Part shown: positions 38,792-56,342 of the stretch, piece after piece
Layout: every line of letters starts with the position of its first letter
Position numbering within the stretch: the first letter of the stretch is position 1
DNA from: Dimorphilus gyrociliatus
Taxonomy: Eukaryota; Animalia; Annelida
Assembly (NCBI GenBank): GCA_904063045.1
Contig: CAJFCJ010000004.1
Span: forward strand, 556,195-620,194
Length of the DNA stretch: 64,000 nucleotides
Direction of reading: 5' to 3'
Made by a program: the position numbers and the translations under genes
The notes under the pieces: generated by a model
Databases searched by the model: none
The model's input: only the letters and a program-made list of their open reading frames with translations
What the model was told of the DNA's origin: nothing

Positions 38792-41449
38792 TTATCGTTT
38801 ATTACATAGTAAACGAATAGCATGACGAATCATTGGCGTCTCTTGTAACATACTTTTTGCTTCTTCTGAACTACAATTCGTTAAGCAAATTATAATTGCT
38901 GTTGGAACTACCTTACCCATTGCAGTTGCCTTTTCAATGTGGCTACTGATTGGCAATGATAAAATTTCTTGGTTTAAACTATTTACTTCATAAATAGCTT
39001 TGAGTAAACATTCTTTCGCCATTTCATCATTACATTTACCAAATGTCTAAGTGTATGATTCAGAAATATAGTTTAAAAACATTTAATATTCAATGCATTA
39101 ATATATTTGATAATACAAACTTTTATTAAGTTTAATGATCTAAAGAATAGCTTATTGTTGCTAACTCGCACATCTATCATACGGTTCTTATACACCTTAC
39201 CTGTTGAAAAAAGAGAAAAAAAAACAATTATGCTCCCTTCAAATGTTGAATTGATTGACCTTTCTATAGGACGAAAAAAGCTACCTTTCATAATATGGGC
39301 CCCGGTAGAGAGAGCATTACAAACCGCTTTTATGACTAATTGCATGGTCCACGAATTAGCATTATCAAAATTTCCAATGGGTAAGTTAATTACAACAGAA
39401 AATTCTAATAAATTAATATCTAAGTCATCCTTCGAAAAGGTAATTAGAATTTTCTTTGCCGGGCAACCATTTAAACTATTTACTGTTATCTTATCTGTCA
39501 AAAAAAATAAAACAAATGACCCTCAATTTCACTGATGAAAAAGAATCGAGAGAAGGGTAATACGTGTCTTAAGCCGATCAAGATACTGTCAAAAAAGCTG
39601 AATTGGAATCGTTCATTAATCTTTAAGGAAAATCACATAGAATTTCGTAGTAAAATTCATTTAGTTTATCAAAACGTCGAACGCATCTTGATTACTAACC
39701 TGGAGTCAGGAATACAATAACATCATACGCTGTTAATTTTGGTGCAACAAACTGGATAAAATATTCCAATGAAATATCAGCCTGTTGATTCAATTAAAAG
39801 TATAATATATACAATATAAGTTAAAAATTAAACTAATTAAATTCCTACTTCAATATTTTATTAAATTCTTTTTACCTTAAAGGAAAGATCTCCTTCGACG
39901 TTATTTAAGAATTTATATCCATTTTTCACATAACCAAATATATCATAAATGTCTATGGAGAAGATAAAATGAAAAATTTTAAAATATACAAGTTACATTA
40001 TCATTTACTATTTTAATTATATAAAATCAATGTCTATATATAGAACAATTTCTTTTACCAGCCCCAAAAGTTGGCACGCATTCAGAAGCATCCATTAAGC
40101 CCATAAAACCAACTAATTCCTTTCCAACGTAGCAAATTCGTCCTTCTCTATTTAAAGCCTCACCACAAATGTTGATTCCCTTAGCTATTGGACTTTTTTG
40201 GGTATAGGCTAACGCATTAGCTTTTTCAGCTTCTTTTAAGGCTTTTTCTATTAAAGTTTCTCTATTGATATTATTCTCATTAAGAGCTGTTGCAAGTATT
40301 GTGTACAGCAGTATAATAGTTGCAGTTCCACTTTTCATCCTACTAGATCCTGTTATCGGTTCCGGCTGATTAAATAGACTTCCATCAGAAATGATAACAT
40401 TTTAATGAAGTAAACGACTCACTCCAACTATAGGATTAACCACAAATGCAAGCCCATTTTGGCTGTACTCTGCCATTCTTTCAGCAACATTCAGGAACGT
40501 TTTATCCCAATCTTCTATCTTAGAATTCCTGAAAGTTCATATGAAATTCTCAAATACAATCATTTAATACAAAACTTCGCGTTTGAACCTGGCTAAATTT
40601 ATGGGATTGAAGCCAATCAGTACTGGAATGAATTTATCCGTATTATTCAAACAATAGTCTAATTGTCCAGCGACGAAAGGAGCTGATAATCCACACGTTA
40701 CACCAATAAAAATTACTTTATTAAAACCCTCTGTTGCCTAAAAGAACAGCTAGTCTCTTATTACTAAAACTTTTTTGATTAATTAACTAAACCTTGAGTA
40801 AACAGTTTTTTCCTTTTTTAGGATCATCTTCAGGTGCTTCTTGAGGTGTAAATAAAGCTCTAAAATTGATTATTTAGACCTCTTTATCATATTTAATTAT
40901 TTAAAATTGCTTACAAATCTCCTCCTGCAATAATATATCGAATTTTTAAATTATCTCTATTTATTCTATCTTGGAAAAATCTCTACAAAATAAAAAGTTA
41001 ATTTAAAGAAAACTTTGTTGCTCTTTAATTAATTTATAAAAATATTACGGAAACTAGAAAACTTATCCTTCCAGATGTTCCACAACCACTAATAACAATA
41101 CAAATTTTCTCATCCGATGATACAATATCGGATATTACTTTCGATAAGTTTGATATGGTTTGAATTATATTTGGAGAAAATATAGAATCCTATTTAAAGT
41201 AAACAGTTATATTGAAAATCGAAATTGGCAAGTAGATAATAAATTTTTTTTACTGATTTGTACTTTTTCCATCCTGAAAATATCTCTTTATCGCAATTTT
41301 GAAGAATATTAACGATCTCTGATAATGAAATAATAAATATTGAAAAACTTTTATCTATAGTATTTTGTTTCAAATAAATTACCAATGGTATCAACATCAT
41401 CAATTGTTGTTGAAAGATCATTTGATTCTTCAGTTATCGGACTTTGCAT
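38792..41449 (-). CDS. GCKR: Glucokinase regulatory protein (double SIS domain, MurQ-related); more than 10 exons
   Basis: MQSPITEESNDL..DDVD..EIVNILQNCDKEIF, VISGCGTSGR, FIGVTCGLSAPFVAGQLD, LIGFNPINLAR, GPEPITGSSRMKSGTAT, MDASECVPTFGA, NALSTGAHIMKG-KVYKNRMIDVRVSNNKLF. Confidence 0.9.
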
Positions 41450-41940
41450 GTTGGATAAATTCATTATAAAGTTTACTCTTTTACTTTTGCGATAAGGAAA
41501 GGCCTGTTTATTAGGTTTTAAAGTATTATATAATTTCCTTCTATACCAGTTTAGATTCGGAACAAAATTGTATACCCGTTGTCGATTGGCCCTAGAGCGA
41601 TGAATAGTGGAATTGGTTTTATATTTATTTTACATACTGTAATACTACGCGCTAAATTTATGATTAAATAATTAGTCATATAAATACTAATTATTAAATA
41701 ATTTTGGGGAGATAAGAAGATTATATGAAAAAATAAAGTATTTTTTATATTGTTTTCTCATTTTGGCGTAGAATAAACATTCTTACAGAACTATTTTTTG
41801 CGGATGATTAGTAAGTTAAGCGGAGCTGGCGAGTGCAGACACTTTTTAGTAAAAAAGATGTGATTTAAAAGATCATAGGATTAAGATCAAAGAAAAATCG
41901 ATAGAGATTTCTTCGAGGACGACCAGTATTACAAGAAATC

Positions 41941-45917
<3,977 letters not shown>

Positions 45918-46618
45918 AAGAATAGAAATGGGAAATGAATACCTTTTATAAAATTCCCGTGGTTCTCTATTTATTTGTGTATTGCTTATTTCGAGATTAA
46001 AGAAAATGTTGACAATTTTGCATTCGTTTTTTTTATCGCGTGATATTCTGTAGTGCAGAATCGAAGGTAAATAGATCCATTTATACATGACTCATAAAGC
46101 AAACATTTATATATATATAAATATATATATATATTTAAACATACAGTATATTCTATGTATATGCACATTTATGCAAGTATGTACTGTATACTCTCAATTT
46201 TCGGTAAGTACCCATGACCGGTTTTTCGCTTGATGTCTTACGTGGTCTCTGTACAAACTAGCTTTAATTTGTTTAGTAACATAGCAAATTGTTTTCTTTT
46301 GTTCATGAAATGTTCACCAAGTGCTAAATGTACGCTTTCTGTTTAGTGTTTTAGTGCCTGTAATAAAAGTCAATAATATGCCAAGTATACAATCAAATGA
46401 GAAAACTGTTAATAAAAAAATGAATTTATATTTCGAACTTTGTTGTAACAACTTTTTTTACATTGAATACAAAATTCAATACTTTTAGAGCCAAAATTTT
46501 ATCTATATACAAAAATATTTTAACTTTTATTCGTTTAGTAACATAATAATCATAATCATAATAATCATTCGAATATATAACATAAGCTTCAAGTGGCTAT
46601 CAACAAATTCATACTTTT

Positions 46619-48344
46619 TTATCGCAAAGAAGGGAAATCTTCTTCAGCTATATTAAACGATGACTGCGTGCGCAATGAATGATCGTCAGATAATCCTCTT
46701 TCAACCTTATGATCATCTTCAACTCTGACAGCTTGAGCCTCTGGTAAATCTAAAATGTTTCTTCCTCTGCTGGCTCTAGGGCGCTCTGTCAGAGCATCTT
46801 CCGTTTTCCAAGGGCTTTTTGATTCAGCTTTTATATATCTATGATCCTCACGAATTGAGAGTGATCCCATCCTACCAACTGTTTGCCATTCACCATCTGA
46901 TTGAGGTTTTGTGCTTGATCTATTGTTCGATTGTCCTGTTTGAACAGCTTCGGGTAGAGACACGCCACGAGATGCTCGAAACTTGAGCTCTTCTTCTCTA
47001 CGTTTTCTAAACGCTCTATCGCAAGTAAAGCCTTCCCGACCTGGAAAATCGGGTTCAGAGAGAGTAGAGTTTGGTCTATTTCTTTCTCTATAGTTGGAAA
47101 ATGGTTCGTCTTCAAATCCATTTCTCAAAACTTTTGCTGATCCAGCAATACTAGCTGCCGAAGGGCGATGATTTGCGCTCATTGGACAACCGTACTTAGC
47201 GCATAGAGTGTCAAACATGGCATAGGCCCATCTCCTTACTGTGAAAAGTGAATATAAATACAACTCTTGGGATGCAATTTATATTATATCGAACATACCT
47301 GAACCAAGTGCACAATGTAACACTTGTTGATCATTTTCGGAGTGAAATTCACATGAAGTTTGACCTTTGTGAATATATTTACAACTGAGTAGTCTTTTAA
47401 TACAAGACTGTAAAGGAACGGAGTTTTCAAAATCCTCAAAGGCCATTAATTCTCTAAATATTCGACCTAATTCGTATACTTTCCTAAGGTGATTAACTTT
47501 TGAACACTTCAAATATAGTTTAGCTTTGTTGCTCAAAAAGTCAATACAATCTTCAACACTTTGGTGGTCCACAAATTCATTTGTAGCAATAGTAAATAAT
47601 GGAGGATACTCATCAAGGAGACCATTTGGATTAATAAAATTGACTAATTCATTCCATACGCCAAAAAAGTTGTTGGTGCCATGTTCGTTAGGAACTGGAA
47701 TCTTATGAGTACTTGCACTGTGCTCAAAGGCTATTTAAGAAACAGAAAAAATGTAATAAAGAATTTCATATTATATTTTACATGTACTTGCCTGGACCTT
47801 TAACACCGCTTGGAATATCGGCAAGTCGATCAAACGGTTTCAACAGTCTATGATATTGTTTCGTAATACCATCTCTCAAGCTCATTTCAATCAATCCAAC
47901 TTCAACTGGTACATGTCCTTTCTGATCAAAATATGGAAATTCATCCATGTGACATAAAATTTGAAAATCGATCAAATAAAATTTGATATCGGCAATGACG
48001 CTTTTGGTTAAGAACCGGCGACTTACGAACTTGCCGATTTCATAATCAAATTTTTGTTGCTTTTTTTCGTAGGGATTAGCCGCCGAAGTATAATGTTGTC
48101 TCTGGTTGTCCTGTCTGTTCTCTTCTTGATATTTTTCCTTGTGTCTTTTTGCCTTAGCTTCCAATAGTTTCTTTTCTGTTTCGGGTAATGAATCAAAACG
48201 AGGTTTCAACGCTTTCACCATTTCCTGATCTGTTCGTCCCTGTCCTTTAAAATCTGCTCTATGTTCTCGTAAATATTCACCAAATGCCGTAAATTGCTTC
48301 TTATTCTTCTTATTTCCATTGTGTACTGTAGGCTGGGTGGCCAT
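46619..48344 (-). CDS. MAEL: Maelstrom (HMG box plus MAEL RNase H-like domain, piRNA pathway); 3 exons
   Basis: HMG box (FTAFGEYLRE...FDSLPETEKKLLEAKAK); MAEL domain FYLIDF...VPVEVGLIEMSLRDGITKQYHRL..IPSG..AFEHSASTHKIP; ECHC zinc residues (PVE; CEFH...HCA); then RRWAYAMFDTLC and a disordered tail. Confidence 0.9.
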
Positions 48345-49990
48345 CTTGAAAATTTCTAAACCTCTTCTTTAATATCTACGCAATGCCAATTAAAGTAGTA
48401 GTGGTCAGTTGGCGGTCTTTCCCCGGTTTTTATAGTTTTCGGGCAGTGTGATTTTTTTCACTTCCGTAAAAGAGCTTCATTCGTAAAAATATAATCATCA
48501 TAATAAAATTTCTTTTAAAGTTTTTTGAACTTTTTATTTATTTATTTTAATACCAAAATGCAGAATCAAATTATTTATGAACTTTTAAAAGGGCGCGTAG
48601 AATGAAATGCGTCAACTTTACTTCTATATTCACTAAAGTAATTTATATGTCAGCCTAATTACTATATAAAAATCCTTATTTATCATAAATAACTTGACTA
48701 AATGATCTGTTATGGTTTTATGTCTTAATTAATTGCATTAAAGTTTAAATTATAAACTTCCGGTTCCGAAGATAATTAGAACTGTTTTTAGATTGTTCTA
48801 GAATTCTACCAAGTAAAATTTTAGACACTACTCATGTAAAAAATGTGACAAAAATTGCAAACCGTTAACTTAAGCCTATGTATTCAAAATAGCGATGTTC
48901 GTTGTCATCTCTTATACAAATTCACTTAAAATTATTACATCAAATTATTGATATATCAAATTTATTACATTAAGCTATCTATTATTTATCATTGTATTCA
49001 AACACACGAGGCTTTACATTCTGCTTCACCCTTATTGTATCTTTTGATGATTTAAGCATTTATAAAAAGTTATTGTAACAATAATCATAATAGCTGTTGT
49101 TACATCACATCTGTTGCTCACTCTATCATTCTTCTTGCAAAGAAAGGCGTGCTAAATAGTCTCTTATTTCTTCTTAAGGCGTCAGATATTAATTGAAACT
49201 TGTAACGATTGCATTATCGTATTATTGCATTCTAATTGATATTTGGAAAGATACGTATACGTCACAATACCCTTAACCCTCTAAAACTTCCCTTATCGAT
49301 CCTCTATAAAATTATAGCCACGTGGCAGACCAAAAATTTTATTACTCTCTAAAACGAACCAAGAACACCAGATATACAGTATATATATATATATATATGG
49401 TCTTTTTTCTGATTATTAGAAACACTGATACATAATATAATAGTTATTTTAACAATAATTAACAAATAATCGTTATTACGTTGTTCATGCAAAAAACATG
49501 TTAGACAACATTTTCTTTGTTTTTTTTAATGCTTAAATTGTCGTTGTCCTTTAACTGGTTATCCAGATTGATAAATTAAAACTATACATTTTTTTAGATA
49601 GCTACACATTTCTAATCATTTTAGTTTAGATATTTTCGATATCATATTTCAATTGTTCTATTATGTAACTCGGCGATGAACAAGGTTTTAATAATTCTAA
49701 AACTTTGTTGCGTAACTTATAGGAAGTATGAAATAAACCTTAAAATGCTATCACAACTAATTATAATCATACTTTTTGTAAAAGTAAAGCTTATTACAGT
49801 TCGGAAAATTTTGTTATGTATGTGTGAAAAAATCAAGAGTAAGACTGTGTGAACAAATTTTGTTATAGCTTATACTATATGAAAATATTTAAGATGGTTT
49901 CTTGTTCATATGTATTTTACACGAACCCATTTTCGAATTCCCATTCGTATCCAGGCTAATTAACGAAAAACCGGTAGAAGAAAAGAAAAA

Positions 49991-51612
49991 ATGGCGGACT
50001 CTCAGGTGGTGAATTTTCATAATATTTTGATTAAAAATATCTACTTTTACGTAATGTTTAAGAATAACTATAAATTGAAGTACTTAAACTGAATTTTCTC
50101 TATGATATGGTTGCTGCCTTGTTTATTTATATAGCTGTAAAGAGTTAAGATACGTCGATTTAAGGTGTACGGCATCTGTATAATAATTTGTTTATGAGAA
50201 GTTTGAGGGATTAGTTTGAATATTAAGCACTATTTCTTGACGACAAAATATTAGATTAGATCACAAATATAGCGTCGTCTCAGAAAGTTCATTCGGTTTT
50301 AGCTCGCATTGATCAGTTCCGGAGGTATTTATCAAGATTCGCACGTGTACCTTTTACAACAATTATATTCATTGTCTCAGATTTAAGATAGTTACATCAG
50401 ATTTTGATTCAGAATTTACATGTTCTATGCAAAGATATTTTCGCTTTTTGCTCTTAAGCGTTAAATAAGAAATCAGTATAGTAGTAATAGTATGGAACAG
50501 GTGCGAATTACAGAGGGGTTAATTCAATGATGTTTCTGACATAAAACCGTTATATGATGAATACATAGATATTTTCGATTTTCAAAATATGTTGAATATG
50601 ATAGAATGCAAACAGTAGATTAAAAAAAATATTAGCAATCTCGAAAGATTATCTTGTGTTTTTTTTCTTAACGTATTGTTATTTTCACTAGGAAGCGGAA
50701 CGGGTTGAGGAACTGAGTCGTCAAATGTACGAGACGACTGACCCGGCTACACGAGCTTCAGCAGAAAGTACTTTGGTAGAACTGGCGAATGCGCCGAACT
50801 GTTTGGAACTATGCATATTAATCATGGATAGAGGAAGGTCGCATTATGCCCAAAATATTGCAGCATCTACACTTGCGAAAATTACTTCAGCGTTATCACC
50901 GCAGCAACGTCTCGATCTGAGAGCCTATTGCTTACAATATGTTAGAAACAGGGGAACTGATATGTTACCCTGGGTACTTTCTGCAGTTGTAAGTCTTTGG
51001 TCGAAGGTTGTGAAACAGGGTTGGTGGGACGTAATAGACGATAAACACGTTCTTCGAGATGTGGTTAACCATGTTTCAAATATGATGGAGGAAACACCAT
51101 ATACCCCAATGGCCCTAAAATTATTAACTCAACTTGTCACAGATATGAACTGTACAGAAATGGATTCGGGGAGGGCTAGACACCGAAAAACGGCCAGTTC
51201 TTTTAGGGATCATCACCTATACGATGTGGCCCGGGCTGCAGTTACAGCTTCTCGAAGAGGCATAAACGTTGGCAGCCAGGTACGTTGAAACTGATTTCTT
51301 TGCTCATTATTAAATGTTAGAGGCATTTGCACTACTAACAATCAAGCGAATCAAAATTATATAACATGTACAACTTCAAGGTTAATATAAGTGAACAAGG
51401 TCATGTACTGTTCATATTATCAGAACACTCGAAGTTTATAAATTAAATTGCTCAGTCTTTTGAAAGTATAAATTAAAATTAAACATTTTAGATTTGCTTC
51501 ATTTTATTTAAATTGATAGAGAGAAAGAAAACATTAAAAATGTTTGTACAATCATTTACTCTACAGTATATACTTCATCTACTGTATAATATTCGTATAT
51601 TTATATATATTA

Positions 51613-51643
<31 letters not shown>

Positions 51644-54600
51644 AATTATATGAATATATGCAGATGTTGTTATATATTATTTATTGACTTTATAATTCCA
51701 TCGTTAGTGTTACTTGTTTGTATGTATGCGGTTGTCAGGGTAATAAAAGGGATTCTCATAATTTTCAGCTGTTATATAATACCTATATATAGATTTTTTT
51801 CGCTTAGTTGAACACACACAGAAATGAGAATAGAGATGACATAATGCATTAACTTATAATAATCTATTATTCGAATGATAAACCTATTCTCATTAAGTTT
51901 ATCTTGAATAATCGAGTGCTAATGTTTGGTGAATTATCGTAATTTCTTGAAATTTTATCTCTTCACTTGGAATAAATTTACGAATTTTTTCAGGATATTT
52001 CATCGTCCGCTGTAAAATTAGCTTTAGCATGCTTGAATTTTGATTTTATTGGCACTGGGTCTGAAGAAATTTCAGACGATTTGGCAACTGTTCAGGTTCC
52101 AACAACATGGCGTCCTTTATTTCTAGATTCTGGAACAGTGAGAGTCTTTCTTGACTCTTACGTTTTTTTACAAAGTTCAAACGAATGCCACTATGCTCTC
52201 AGTTGTTTGGTTCAATTGGCTTCGTGCAGAAGAAGTTTATTCAATAATTCCGAAAGGGCCATTTTCCTATCATCTATCGTGGAATGCGTTCGAAGTATTC
52301 TGGAACAAGGCTCTCACACTCTTGCTCAAAATGAACTGAATTATCATGAATTTTGTAGACTGTTAGCAAGATTAAAGAGTAATTATCAGTTACAAGAACT
52401 GGTAAAATTAGCTGATTATCAAAAACTTCTTGACGATATAGCTGGTTTTACTTTAGTGGCACTACGAAGTGTTTGGCCAGCGGCTCCCAATAGCGTACAT
52501 TATGTTTTAGCCCTGTGGCAACGATTGGTGGCCAGCGTACCGTACGTGAAAGCTGCTGAAAATCACATGCTGGATACGTACGCCCCAGAGGTAGCAAGGG
52601 CTTTCATTCAGATGAGATTGCAGCATGCTGCTAATGACGGCGACGAAGAGTTATTAAAAGATTCTGGAATGCTTACTCAACAGTTAGAACAACTGGCAAC
52701 AATTGGCAGATGTGAATACACAAGAACTGCACAACTCTTATCAAACCTTATGGATGAAGCCTGTAAAGCGTACGTTGCTAACAATACTGATACCGTACGA
52801 AGGCAGCTTGCTTGGCTTATCTACATGATAGGTGCTGTAATTGGTGGTCGGGTTAGTTTTTCTTCAACTGATGCTCATGATGATCTAGATGGAGAACTAA
52901 CCGTTAAAGTTCTACAATTAGTGAGCGAAGTCGATAATAGGCTAGCTTTAGGGCAGAGGTCAGAACATGTAGATAAAGCGATTCTATTTTTCTTTGAACA
53001 GTTTAGGAAAATGTATGTCGGAGAGCAGGTATGTAAAATTTTTACATATAATCTTCAACAGCTTTCTTTAGTTTACTTTTAGAGTGATAATTTATTTTTT
53101 ATTTTTAGGTACCTCGAACTTCAAAAATGTATAGAAGATTACAAGAATCATTAGGATTAGGAGATGAAACCGCTGTTTTAGGGGTTATAATACATAAGCT
53201 GTTAACAAACTTGAAGTTATGGCCAAGTCCAGAGCAACCTGTTGTTGTGAAAACGCTGTCAGTTTTGTCAGACCTTTCTATAGGATATTCTTCAGTTCGG
53301 AAATTGGTGAAATTAGACGCTGTCAAAGATTTATTAGAAAGACACTCTCCAGAGACTGTTCCTTTGCTCAGACCGCCTCCTCCACCGGTGGATCCTCGGC
53401 ATATGAGATGTAGGTCCACACTATATACTGCTTTAGGACGTTTACTACTACTTGACTTAGCTGATGATGACGAAAAATTTGAATCTTTTATGACACCAGT
53501 AGGTGTTGCTCTGGAAGCTGTTGAAAGAAGTATGTCATCCAACGAATCGCCGGAGATGACTAAGAGAACTTTAGTAGGCCTTATCAGAGATATAAAAGGA
53601 ATAGCTTTTGCGTTTAATACTAAGAGTTCGTTCATGCTGCTACTTGATTGGCTAATGCCTAGATTTACTCCTTTATTAAGAGCTGTTTTAGAAAAGTGGA
53701 GGGACGATCCAAATTTGAGTACACCGGTTCTTAAATTATACGCTGAGTTGGCACAAAATCGGAGTCAAAGATTACATTTTGACGTTTCTAGCCCTAATGG
53801 AATACTATTGTTTCGAGAGATCAGTCAAGTAAGTACTATCCGTCAAAATATATACTCAAAACGAATTCCACTAATAATTTTCACTTTAGGTGATAGTACT
53901 CTATGGAAGAAAGGTCTTGGAAAGTGGATCAACAGATACCAGTGACATTTATGCTCATAAATTAAAGGGTGTTTCAATTTGTATGCAAATGCTTAAAGCA
54001 GCCTTAGCAGGAAATTACGTAAATTTTGGTGTCTTTGCTCTTTACGGTGATCCGGCTCTTGAAGATTCCTTGCAAATGATAATCCAAATGGTAACATCAT
54101 TCTCCAGAGAATTGTTGTTGCAATACACAAAACTTGCTCATGCTTATTACGCTCTGATGGAATGTCTAGCTCAGGATCATGTAAACTTTATAAGCCGACT
54201 AGAACCTCAGATTATCGTGTATATATTGTCAACAGTCGCTGATGGACTTAGTTCATTGGACACTGTTGTCTCTACATCCTGCTGCGCTATATTGGATAAT
54301 ATCCTTTCCTATGTTCTCAAGAAAATATTTCGGCGGAGGTCGAATAATAATGATGATAACGATACCCGCCTAATGGCTGCTCTCGACTCCAATTCACAGA
54401 TTCTACAACATATGCTCAGTACTGTTCTTCATATGGTTATGTACGAAGAATGTAGAAATCAATGGAGTATGAGCAGGCCACTTCTTGTATTAGTATTACT
54501 GCAGCCCGAATGTTGGACAAACTTGAGGACACAAATGGAGCAGCAACAACCTGAGAGTAAGAGAGTAAGTATGTCTAGGTGCTTCGATAATCTCATGGAG

Positions 54601-54768
54601 GGAATCGAAAGAAACTTGCTTGTGAAGAATAGAGACCGATTCACCCAAAATCTAAGTGTCTTTAGAAGAGACGTAACGGAAGTTTTAAGAGGAGGAGCAA
54701 ATAGACCTGCTGTTAGGGAGAATGAAGCTAACGGCGCACCCGGTGAAGCTTTAGATATGATGTCGTAA
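49991..54768 (+). CDS. XPO7: Exportin-7 / RanBP16-17 family; exons 49991-50005, about 50692-51280, about 51994-53029, about 53110-53828, 53890-54768
   Basis: MADSQ-EAERVEELSRQMYETTD...; NFDFIGT..EISDDLATVQVPTTWR, YHEFCRLLARLKSNYQLQELV, QRLHFDVSSPNGILLFRE, GNYVNFGVFALYG, ECRNQWSMSRPLL, KNRDRFTQNLSVFRRDV; about 1080 aa. Confidence 0.96.
51618..51642. repeat. (TA)n microsatellite in an XPO7 intron
   Basis: Visible directly. Confidence 0.9.
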
Positions 54769-55538
54769 ACTGAGTAAATTTTTGACGCCATTCTTTTTCT
54801 TATCTTGTTATATTACCTGATCAGAATACATTTTTTTGCATGACAAAGAGAAACTATACTGAAAAGAAATGTATTTAAAAAAGAAAACTGAACAAAACAA
54901 ACGCCTTTATAACTTATATATGAAGATTTAATTATATTAAATATATATTAAATCTTTTATTTGTTAAAATACTCGATTATTCAAATTCTAGAATAAATAA
55001 CTCTGACAAATTTTCGTTAAAAGAACCGAATTAGAATAACCATGTAACATCTGGCAGTATTGAATCGCAATATCCTCTCTTTCCATCCACGCCTTTTCTC
55101 TAATATGCTGGACTCTATAGTCGAAGCTAATCCGACTTTTATTAGTTTCGTAATGTAATAAACTGTGATTCTAGCACGTATGGAAAAATCTTGTAAAAAC
55201 AATATTCGATCGGTTCATCTCTAAGAGCATGAGAAAAATAATAGGAAACTAGATGAAATGATTCCAGTTTTCTTGTTCTTTGGGAAAACACTTTTATTCT
55301 CAATAAAGGGTAGCTTATAATAATTAATATGTATAAAGCTCTCGTTCTCATTAAAAAGATAGTTAGTAAAAATCTAGGTTAAAATATAAAGATCTAGGGT
55401 TTCTTTTACATTTCTTCGAATTTTAAAAAGCAAAGAAATAAGTTCTGTTTTTTGGATAGTTGACTAAAATGAATAAACAAACAAAGAAAGCAGACTACTC
55501 TTACAAGCTTTTTACTTCTTTTACTTTTCTTGTTTGTT

Positions 55539-56342
55539 TTATTTTGAAGCGCTAACGCGTAACCATTCTCGATGATAAGAGTGAAGAGTTATCTCCATCG
55601 GTATTTTTGAATCTCCTAAAATACATATTTTACAGTCGGCTAAAACCTTTTTCTTTTGTTCTGTTGCTCTTGAAGCAAAATCTGCACAAAAAGCAAAATG
55701 CATCTCCTTCTCTATTGCTAAATCGTTTCCCTTTTCCAGTACCAACTTTATCTCATTATTTCCTGTTGGTCCGCAACTGTTAACTTTAAATTGCATTTTC
55801 AAGTAGTAACTGGAGTAATTAACAATTGATAAATTATCAGAATAGATCTCTTAATTATTGTTAAGATATTTGTTTGGTCAAATAATTTGTTAAAATAATA
55901 AATTTGAATATCAACTTACATTTTAAGCTTTTCGCTTAGTGTTCTAACTTGATTTGTTACGACAGCACAATCTTCTTCTCTGCCAAATTGCCATTTTTTC
56001 CCCATTTCATCAATGATAATTATTCTACACGTTCTGTAGATTTCACGATATTCCGGCGAAAGTTTCGCATAAAAGTACTTCAAAAATCTACCATGAGCTA
56101 GAAAGCTTAGATTCATATTTGGTCTAGTTGGAGGCTTACTCTTAACGACCATTTTAAAGATATTATCTTCAATAGCTTCGGATGAGTCAACCAAAAAGTT
56201 CAATGCACTTTCATAAAACCTGGATATTAATTAGGACATTGAACATATCCAAGTAAATTTTAATTAATTCAAAAATAGCTTACACTTTTATATCTCTCGC
56301 AATAGACTTAGAAAGTTCGGATACTTGAGGGGCAAGAGCCAT
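55539..56342 (-). CDS. Orphan protein of about 210 aa, 3 exons, possible PB1/beta-grasp-like fold
   Basis: Exons 56342-56284, about 56221-55920 and about 55814-55539 join in frame through phase-2 GTAAG donors: MALAPQVSELSKSIARDIKV-FYESALNFLVDSS...RIIIIDEMGKKWQFGREEDCAVVTNQVRTLSEKLKI-YYLKMQFKVNSCG...RVSASK*. An upstream ETS motif lies at 56675. Confidence 0.75.

Noticed and set aside
39107-39720. 142-aa and 61-aa + strand ORFs opposite GCKR
   Set aside because: Shadow of a GCKR exon plus a stop-free 3n intron; no independent signal.
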